Assembly (NCBI GenBank): GCA_963666285.1
Contig: OY762711.1
From: Sedimentisphaerales bacterium
GTDB taxonomy: Bacteria; Planctomycetota; Phycisphaerae; Sedimentisphaerales; SM23-30
Strand: one strand, 5' to 3'
DNA: 64,000 bases
Shown here: positions 57,407-64,000 of the stretch, piece after piece
Position numbering within the stretch: the stretch's first letter is position 1
Layout of the letters: the number at the start of each line of letters is the position of its first letter
The notes under the pieces: model-generated
The model's input: only the letters and a program-made list of their open reading frames with translations
Databases searched by the model: none
Told to the model about the DNA's origin: nothing
Made by a program: the position numbers and the translations under genes

Positions 57407-60304
57407 TTACCATTTGAGCGGTTTCTGCCAGCTTTCTTTCAGACTTGAAGCTTCAACATTAACAACCTCAGAGCCATCCAAACCATTGATAACAACCCTG
57501 CCTGTATCAGTTACCTTGCCAATCTCGGCAAAAACAACATTTTTAAGAGCAGATTTAAGTTCAGCCAGCTTGCCAGGTTCAACTTCAAGAATATAGCGTG
57601 AAGGCGTCTCACTGAAGAGAGCCTGATCATTGCGATTAACATCTGCAGCTTTAGCAACCAGGCCAAGGTCAACACTTATACCAAGAGCTCCGGCAAAAGC
57701 CATCTCAGACAGAGCGACAGCCAGGCCGCCTTCGGAACAGTCATGACAAGACTTCACCAGCCCGCTGCTGATAGCCGAAGCTACGGCATTAGCATTGGCA
57801 GGCCCCTGCTTGAGGTCTACCTTAGGAACATTGCTGCCTGTCTGGCCGTTAATTTTGTATAGCAGACCGGCACCAAGTTCATCACGGGTTTCACCGACAA
57901 CGACAAGAGTATTACCGGCAGATTTCAGATCCATAGTAATACAGCCGGTAACATCATCTACAAGAGTCATTGCACTGATAAGCAACGTTCCCGGAATATT
58001 AATAGTTTCGCCGGTATCGGTCTGGAACTCATTATTCAAAGAATCCTTTCCGCTGATAAAAGGAGCCTGATAGGCAATAGCACCATCGTAGCAGCCCCTG
58101 GTAGCCAGTACCAGTCCGCCAAGACGGTCTGGCTTATTGCAGTTACCCCAGCAGAAATTATCCAGCAGAGCAACACGGTCCGGGCGGCCGCCGACAGAAA
58201 TAACATTTCGGACAGCTTCATCAATAGCCGCCAGTGACATCCAGTATGGGTCTATATCGCTATACTGCGGGCATATGCCGCAACCGATAGCAACACCTTT
58301 ATCTTTATCAAGTCGCGGACGAACAACCGAGGCATCACCGGGTGCATCGTTAGCAACACCAACCAAAGGCTTAACGGCAGAACCGCCCTGCACTTCATGG
58401 TCATACTGACGAATTACCCATTCCTTACTGGCAACATTATAATCGCCGAACATGGCGGTGAGTTCTTCGTTATAATTCTGCTTCTGAGCAAGTTCCGGTT
58501 CTTTATTGTCTGGAATCTGCCAGACTGCCTGGCGGGTATATTTCGGCAGGCCGTCATGCAGGAACTCCATATCAAGCTCACCGACGACAGTGCCATCATA
58601 TCGCAGTTCAAGCTTGCCGTTGTTACCAAAGGTTCCAATCACAACCGCCTCAACATTTTCACCAGAAAATATTTCCATGGCCCGGTCGATATTTTGGGGC
58701 GGTACGGCAAATACCATACGCTCCTGCGCTTCGGAGATCCACATTTCAGTATAAGTGAGTCCACCATATTTTAGCGGTATCTTTTCCAGGTCAACAATTA
58801 CACCTAGTTTTTCACCCATTTCGCCAACGGCACTGCTAAGACCACCGGCACCACAGTCGGTAACGGCAGTATAAAGCTCTTCATCACGAGCCTGCAGCAT
58901 AGTATCCAGTACTTTTTTCTCGGTAATCGCATTACCAATCTGAACGGCATGGCTGAACAGATCTTCATGCTCATGGGTCATCTCGCCACTGCTGAAAGTA
59001 GCACCGTGGATACCGTCACGACCGGTACGACCACCTACAACCAGCACAAGGTCACCGGGTTCAGCTGCACCAAAACATTTATCCTTAGGAATAATACCTA
59101 TATTACCGCAGAATACCAGCGGGTTACCAAGATAACGTTTATCAAAATGGATAGCACCATTCACAGTCGGAATACCCATCCTGTTGCCATAGTCACGAAC
59201 TCCGCCGACAACACCTTTCATAACGCGCCTTGGGTGCAAAACGCCGGCAGGCAGTTCTTCGAGCTTCATATCAGGTTCAGCAAAACAGAATACATCTGTA
59301 TTAGCGATAGGCTTGGCACCTTTGCCGGTACCCATCGGATCACGAATACATCCGCCAATACCTGTTGCCGCCCCGCCATAAGGCTCGATAGCTGAAGGAT
59401 GGTTATGGGTTTCAACCTTGAAACACACACCATATTCATCATCAAATTCAACAACACCGGAATTATCAACAAAAACTGAGATACACCATGGCTTGGCTAA
59501 TTCATTAGTAGCTTTGGCCAGGTAAGATTTCATCATATTTTCGATTACAGTTTTATTGAGCTCTTTACCATCGGCATCTTTTTCGGTAAGTTCGATTGTG
59601 CCGCGGAATGTTTTATGTACGCAATGTTCGGACCAGGTCTGGGCAATCATTTCCAGTTCGATATCGGTTGGATCTCGATCTATCGCCTTATAATAATCCT
59701 GGATGGTAAGCATTTCCCGCTCATCGAGAAACAGGTCGCTGCTTTTACTGAGTTCGACCAGCTCATCAGGTGAAAGATTACATAATGGAACTGTAATCTT
59801 TTCCAGTTTGTATGGTTCAACGTGCGGGCAAGGCGGCTCTTCTGAGTTATCGTAAATAACTTTTTCGATACAGTCATTAGCCAAAATACGCTGAGCAATG
59901 GTCTGCACTTCAGTACAAGAGAGACTGCCGCAGATAAAATATTTCCTGCCGGTACGCACGCTGCTAACATCCAGGTTCATATCCCTGATAGCCATCATAG
60001 CCGAAGAGGCAACCGGGTCGGTTACACCTGGCTGCAGGTGAACTTCAATTATCTTGACCGGTTGATCAGAAGAAGGCTTGTCAGAATTGCCTATATAATA
60101 CTGTTCGGTTACCGGATCAGTCAGCAGCTCCTTAGCAATTCGATCGAGATCAGCATTTTCAAGTTCAGACTCGATAAGAAACACTCGCATCGACTTCACT
60201 GATGCAGCTGAATCTATGCCAAGCTGTTTGATGTCGGCAAGTACCTCGCCGGCGTTAACATCCGGAAACTCCGGCTTGCTGAACACTTCTATCCTGTTTA
60301 TCAT
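57407..60304 (-). CDS. purL: Phosphoribosylformylglycinamidine synthase PurL with N-terminal PurS-like fusion
   Basis: WSEHCVHK, KVETHNHPS, DCGAGG, SEAQERM, SGKDS and HDCSEGG; N-terminal ~150 aa with DPV motifs. Confidence 0.95.
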   Translation of the reverse strand: MINRIEVFSKPEFPDVNAGEVLADIKQLGIDSAASVKSMRVFLIESELENADLDRIAKELLTDPVTEQYYIGNSDKPSSDQPVKIIEVHLQPGVTDPVASSAMMAIRDMNLDVSSVRTGRKYFICGSLSCTEVQTIAQRILANDCIEKVIYDNSEEPPCPHVEPYKLEKITVPLCNLSPDELVELSKSSDLFLDEREMLTIQDYYKAIDRDPTDIELEMIAQTWSEHCVHKTFRGTIELTEKDADGKELNKTVIENMMKSYLAKATNELAKPWCISVFVDNSGVVEFDDEYGVCFKVETHNHPSAIEPYGGAATGIGGCIRDPMGTGKGAKPIANTDVFCFAEPDMKLEELPAGVLHPRRVMKGVVGGVRDYGNRMGIPTVNGAIHFDKRYLGNPLVFCGNIGIIPKDKCFGAAEPGDLVLVVGGRTGRDGIHGATFSSGEMTHEHEDLFSHAVQIGNAITEKKVLDTMLQARDEELYTAVTDCGAGGLSSAVGEMGEKLGVIVDLEKIPLKYGGLTYTEMWISEAQERMVFAVPPQNIDRAMEIFSGENVEAVVIGTFGNNGKLELRYDGTVVGELDMEFLHDGLPKYTRQAVWQIPDNKEPELAQKQNYNEELTAMFGDYNVASKEWVIRQYDHEVQGGSAVKPLVGVANDAPGDASVVRPRLDKDKGVAIGCGICPQYSDIDPYWMSLAAIDEAVRNVISVGGRPDRVALLDNFCWGNCNKPDRLGGLVLATRGCYDGAIAYQAPFISGKDSLNNEFQTDTGETINIPGTLLISAMTLVDDVTGCITMDLKSAGNTLVVVGETRDELGAGLLYKINGQTGSNVPKVDLKQGPANANAVASAISSGLVKSCHDCSEGGLAVALSEMAFAGALGISVDLGLVAKAADVNRNDQALFSETPSRYILEVEPGKLAELKSALKNVVFAEIGKVTDTGRVVINGLDGSEVVNVEASSLKESWQKPLKW

Positions 60305-61182
60305 TCGGGTAGTTCCTTACGTTGCAATTTCATTTCTACTAATTTATTTCGTTTTTGACGCGCTTCCAAGAGCTTCTTTTCGATAGCATCGGCGTCTTTT
60401 CCTTTTAATATATCACGATAATGCGACAAATCCTTGATCAGCTTATCGATAGAACGGGCCGAATTAGCCGCGTTTGTCATTAAGATATCTCTCCAGACAT
60501 TTTCCGGCCCGGAGGCAATACGGGTAGTATCAAGAAAACCCTTGCCGCAATAGACAATCTGCTCCAGGTCTGAAATATTGACAAGAGAGGCGGCCAGAAT
60601 ATGCGGCAAATGACTAATCATGGCAACTGTCTGATCGTGCTGCTGAGGAGCCATTTCGATAACCTTCATTTCCAGGGCACGCCACATCTGTTTTATGGCA
60701 GTAACAGAAGATTCCTTACTCTTGGCAGTCGGAGTAACAAAGCAGAACGCCCCATCAAATAAATCGCCCCTGGCAAACTCGATCCCCTGCTGTTCAGAAC
60801 CTGCCATGGGATGAGAACCGACAAAATCGACTCGATCGGGCAAATATTTTTTGGCCCACGAAGCAATCTGTTTTTTGGTACTACCAACATCAGTTACAAT
60901 ACACTTATCAGGTAAGAAAGGAGCGATTTGCTTTAACTGGTCAGCAAAACAGCAAATTGGACCTGCCAAAACTACGACATTTGCATCTTTTACAGCTTCT
61001 TCGGGGGTATCAAACACGAAATCGACAACAGAATTATCTTTTGCGAAGTCACGGGTACTTTGAGACCTGCTCCATCCGGTCCGGATAACTTCAATTTCAG
61101 CACTTTCCAGCGATAAAGCCAGAGAACCGCCGATAAGGCCTAAACCTAGTATGCAAACGTTGTCTAAGTTTTTTATTTTCAA
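60301..61182 (-). CDS. tyrA: Prephenate/arogenate dehydrogenase
   Basis: GLGLIGGS, DVGSTK, HPMAGSE, HD..SHLPH and DTTRIA. TTG start. Confidence 0.92.
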   Translation of the reverse strand: MKIKNLDNVCILGLGLIGGSLALSLESAEIEVIRTGWSRSQSTRDFAKDNSVVDFVFDTPEEAVKDANVVVLAGPICCFADQLKQIAPFLPDKCIVTDVGSTKKQIASWAKKYLPDRVDFVGSHPMAGSEQQGIEFARGDLFDGAFCFVTPTAKSKESSVTAIKQMWRALEMKVIEMAPQQHDQTVAMISHLPHILAASLVNISDLEQIVYCGKGFLDTTRIASGPENVWRDILMTNAANSARSIDKLIKDLSHYRDILKGKDADAIEKKLLEARQKRNKLVEMKLQRKELPE

Positions 61183-61259
61183 AGTATTAAGTGTATTATG
61201 TTATGGGGTCATTAAAGCAGTAAGGATAGCCGAAACAGGGCCAAAAGTCAATTTTTTTC

Positions 61260-61288
61260 TTGCTTGAGAGGCGTTTTTAGTATATAAT
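61260..61288 (+). promoter_or_regulatory. Sigma70-type promoter for accA
   Basis: TTGCTT-N17-TATAAT. Confidence 0.55.
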
Positions 61289-61487
61289 TCTCAGCCTGAA
61301 AAGATAAATAACATATCAGCCCCCAGTTGGTTTTTAATCTCACTGGGGACTGTTAGTATATAGACGAAACGTCTAATAATGGTATGGTAAAAATAATGAT
61401 TGCGGAATTTATCGCAAAGCAGGATTTTGGGCTTTGCGTAACAGGATAAGAGGTAGAAATAGATATTCCGCTCCACATGAGGGTTAT

Positions 61488-62573
61488 ATGAAAAAAGATA
61501 AACAAGCCAATGGAGCTCAAATAATAAGCAATGTAAGCTATCTGGAATTTGAAAAACCACTTGCCGATCTCGACAAGCAGATAAACGAGTTGAGAAGCTT
61601 ACAAAAAAATCGTCAGGATACCGACTTCGGGCCAGAAATTAGAAAACTGGAAGCTAACCTGATTGCCCTGACATCAAAAATATATCAAAATCTCTCGCCA
61701 TGGGAAACTGTTCAGGTTGCCCGCCATCCAAATCGTCCACTACTCTCAGATTACCTTGATATGATTGTGAAAGATTTCTGTGAACTGCACGGTGACCGGT
61801 TCTTTGGCGATGATAAAGCTATCGTGTCAGGCTTCGGCCACATTGGTCGAGAAAAAGTAATGGTAATCGGTCATAATAAAGGCAGAGATACCAAGGAGAA
61901 AGTAGCCTGCAATTTTGGCTGTGCCCACCCAGAAGGATATCGCAAGGCAATGAAGAAGATGAAGCTGGCAGAGAAATTCGGCTTGCCGGTAGTCTGCTTT
62001 ATCGATACGCCGGGCGCATACCCTGGTATCGGTGCAGAAGAGCGAGGTCAGGCAGAAGCAATTGCATACAACCTGATGGAAATGTCTCGTCTGCGTACCC
62101 CGGTAATCTGTATTGTAATTGGCGAAGGCGGCAGCGGCGGAGCATTAGGAATAGGTGTTGGCGACAGATATGCAATGCTGCAGTATGCGTGGTATACAGT
62201 AGCATCGCCTGAGGCTTGTGCGGCAATTCTGTTCAAAGATGGTACCCGTGCCCCGGAAGCGGCAGAAGCACTAAACCTGACTGCAAAATGCATGACAAAA
62301 CTTGGCGTGATTGATGATACAATCTCCGAGCCATTTGGCGGCGCCCACCGCAATCCTCACGAAGCTGCTCATAACCTGGAAATGTACATTACCCGTACCA
62401 TTCGCCAGCTGAAACGCCTGGATATCGATACTTTACTGAATAATCGCTATCAGAGGCTGAGCCAGATAGGCCAATACGAATATGTCACAGCTGATAATAA
62501 TGCAGAAAAAGGGCTTTCCACTATCGATATCGTTACACCTGCAGCCTTACGCGGAACAAAAGTTATAAACTAA
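61488..62573 (+). CDS. accA: Acetyl-CoA carboxylase carboxyltransferase alpha subunit
   Basis: YLEFEKP, ARHPNRP, LHGDR, IDTPGAYPG, GEGGSGGA and GGAHR. Confidence 0.96.
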   Translation: MKKDKQANGAQIISNVSYLEFEKPLADLDKQINELRSLQKNRQDTDFGPEIRKLEANLIALTSKIYQNLSPWETVQVARHPNRPLLSDYLDMIVKDFCELHGDRFFGDDKAIVSGFGHIGREKVMVIGHNKGRDTKEKVACNFGCAHPEGYRKAMKKMKLAEKFGLPVVCFIDTPGAYPGIGAEERGQAEAIAYNLMEMSRLRTPVICIVIGEGGSGGALGIGVGDRYAMLQYAWYTVASPEACAAILFKDGTRAPEAAEALNLTAKCMTKLGVIDDTISEPFGGAHRNPHEAAHNLEMYITRTIRQLKRLDIDTLLNNRYQRLSQIGQYEYVTADNNAEKGLSTIDIVTPAALRGTKVIN

Positions 62574-62621
62574 GACGAACTAAGGCATAAGCGATTAAAC
62601 TACAAAACAGCAAGTATATCC

Positions 62622-62658
62622 AAGCAGGTTGCGGCAGAGTCGCAATCTGCTTTTTTTT
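62622..62658 (+). terminator. Rho-independent terminator after accA
   Basis: AAGCAGGTTGCGG...TCGCAATCTGCTTTTTTTT. Confidence 0.85.
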
Positions 62659-62663
62659 ATTAT

Positions 62664-63785
62664 ATGGAAATTTCAATAGATAACATAGACCTTCGCTCAC
62701 TTGATATTGACCAGCTCAACGAAGTAATAAAAGCTGCCAGAAAACAGGTCAAAAACCGCACCGGTAAGCCGGTATGCCAGGAAATATGGCCAGATAAGGA
62801 GTTGAGAGAAAAACTAGTTCACCGTAAAGGCGGGCTGGCCAGGGCCGTGTTTGAGCTGCTCCATAAAGACTTCATAGCTTCTGTAAATGATCTTGGGATT
62901 ATCCTGGAAAATGACATTATCTCAGAATTGACTAATAACGGATGTTTTGCCGCTAATCTTGCACTTGACGCAAAACTGGAAGATCCGGACGGAACTATAA
63001 AATATCGATTCAAAACATTCGACGGCCATTGCTTTGAATCTGTAATGATGTTTCTGCGTAACCGGACAACAGCATGCGTATCCAGCCAGATAGGCTGCAG
63101 AATGGGGTGTGCATTTTGTGCGACATCACATCTGAAGTTTGCCCGTAATCTAACGGCCGGAGAAATAGCCTGCCAGATATATCATTTGTCAAAAGAACAC
63201 GGAAAGATCGATAATGTGGTATATATGGGAATGGGTGAGCCGCTGGACAACTATGATGAAGTAATGAGATCGGTACAGATACTGACACATTATGCGGGGC
63301 AGTATATTCCACCCGGACGAATAACAGTATCTACGGCCGGACTGCCGGATAAGATAAGGCAGATGGCAGATGAAAACATACCGGCAAACCTGGCATTATC
63401 ACTGCACAGTGCAGACGAAAAGACACGCAGCCTGTTGATGGCATTATCGAATAAATATTCTATCAGTAAAGTAATAGAAGCTGCCCGCTATTTTTCAGAG
63501 AAATCCAATAAACGGGTATTGATAGAATACTGCATGATATCGGACATAAACGATAGCAACTCTGACTGTGAAAAGCTGCTCAAGTTACTTAATAAATCCA
63601 GGATGCAGGCAAGTGTAAACCTGATAGAGTTCAACTCACACCCGCTGTCTGATATGAAGCCATCATCACGCGAGCGAATCGATTATTTTTGCAACCAGTT
63701 AATGGAAGCCGGGATAGAAACTACAATTCGCTTCAAACGAGGAGAAAGCATAAAAGCTGCCTGCGGACAGTTGTGCAATAAATAA
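62664..63785 (+). CDS. rlmN: 23S rRNA m2A2503 methyltransferase (RlmN/Cfr family radical SAM)
   Basis: CVSSQIGCRMGCAFCAT, MGMGEPL, SLH and AACGQL. Confidence 0.85.
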   Translation: MEISIDNIDLRSLDIDQLNEVIKAARKQVKNRTGKPVCQEIWPDKELREKLVHRKGGLARAVFELLHKDFIASVNDLGIILENDIISELTNNGCFAANLALDAKLEDPDGTIKYRFKTFDGHCFESVMMFLRNRTTACVSSQIGCRMGCAFCATSHLKFARNLTAGEIACQIYHLSKEHGKIDNVVYMGMGEPLDNYDEVMRSVQILTHYAGQYIPPGRITVSTAGLPDKIRQMADENIPANLALSLHSADEKTRSLLMALSNKYSISKVIEAARYFSEKSNKRVLIEYCMISDINDSNSDCEKLLKLLNKSRMQASVNLIEFNSHPLSDMKPSSRERIDYFCNQLMEAGIETTIRFKRGESIKAACGQLCNK

Positions 63786-63819
63786 AAAAACACCCTGTGA
63801 ATCAATCAACAGGGTGTTT
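63784..63819. terminator. Terminator between convergent genes
   Basis: AAACACCCTGT...ACAGGGTGTTT with a flanking A-run (U-tail on the minus strand). Confidence 0.8.
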
Positions 63820-63855
63820 GAAATTCTATAGTCTCTTTAGAGCACTTCAATTCAG

Positions 63856-63999
63856 TTATTTTTGATTTTTGCTCTGGTCCAGAACCAAAGTACTTACTTT
63901 GGCACTTGGAAGTGAAAGGGAACCGTATGCCTGGCAAGCCAGATTTCTCAGCTTAGGATCAGCATCAAATGAGCTGGCTATCTTGTAAAGACCGCTAGT
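63856..63999 (-). CDS. 3' end of a helical (HEAT-repeat-like) protein entering from outside the window
   Basis: My translation: ...TSGLYKIASSFDADPKLRNLACQAYGSLSLPSAKVSTLVLDQSKNQK*, followed by the terminator. Confidence 0.55.
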   Translation of the reverse strand, partial: TSGLYKIASSFDADPKLRNLACQAYGSLSLPSAKVSTLVLDQSKNQK

Positions 64000-64000
64000 C

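Noticed and set aside
62664..63785. Cfr-type antibiotic resistance methyltransferase
   Set aside because: Housekeeping context and no mobile element; the motifs are compatible with RlmN. Phylogeny would be needed to exclude Cfr formally.

Overview
A 64-kb chromosomal window from a diderm, probably anaerobic bacterium. The gene content (dockerin-like-tailed subtilase, sulfatase, planctomycete-style LptD, bacterial topoisomerase VI A, PurS-fused PurL, AhbD-like radical SAM) points to Planctomycetota, probably Phycisphaerae; this is inference, not a database result. Most genes are housekeeping: panD, dapL, pfk, purH, purQL, hisF, tyrA, accA, rlmN, metG, lgt, waaF and an MsbA-like exporter. The main candidate for an undescribed system is a compact type VII/ESX-like cluster at 11786-16821. 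It has two small WXG100-like proteins with W-x-D in place of W-x-G, a 192-aa helical protein, and a 1291-aa membrane-anchored coiled-coil FtsK/SpoIIIE ATPase, all directly downstream of lgt. Other notable items: an nqrABCDEF operon whose NqrA keeps RnfC-type 2x[4Fe-4S] motifs; a dispersed ~180-235-nt structured intergenic repeat (3 full copies and 1 partial); two GAAC-N16-CGTAAT ECF-type promoter motifs, one in front of a candidate ~80-nt sRNA; a PilT plus membrane-anchored pseudo-ATPase plus CvpA operon; an orphan top6A; and an atypical MetRS. I found no rRNA, tRNA, CRISPR array, transposase or integrase. All calls come from reading the sequence and motifs; no searches were run.
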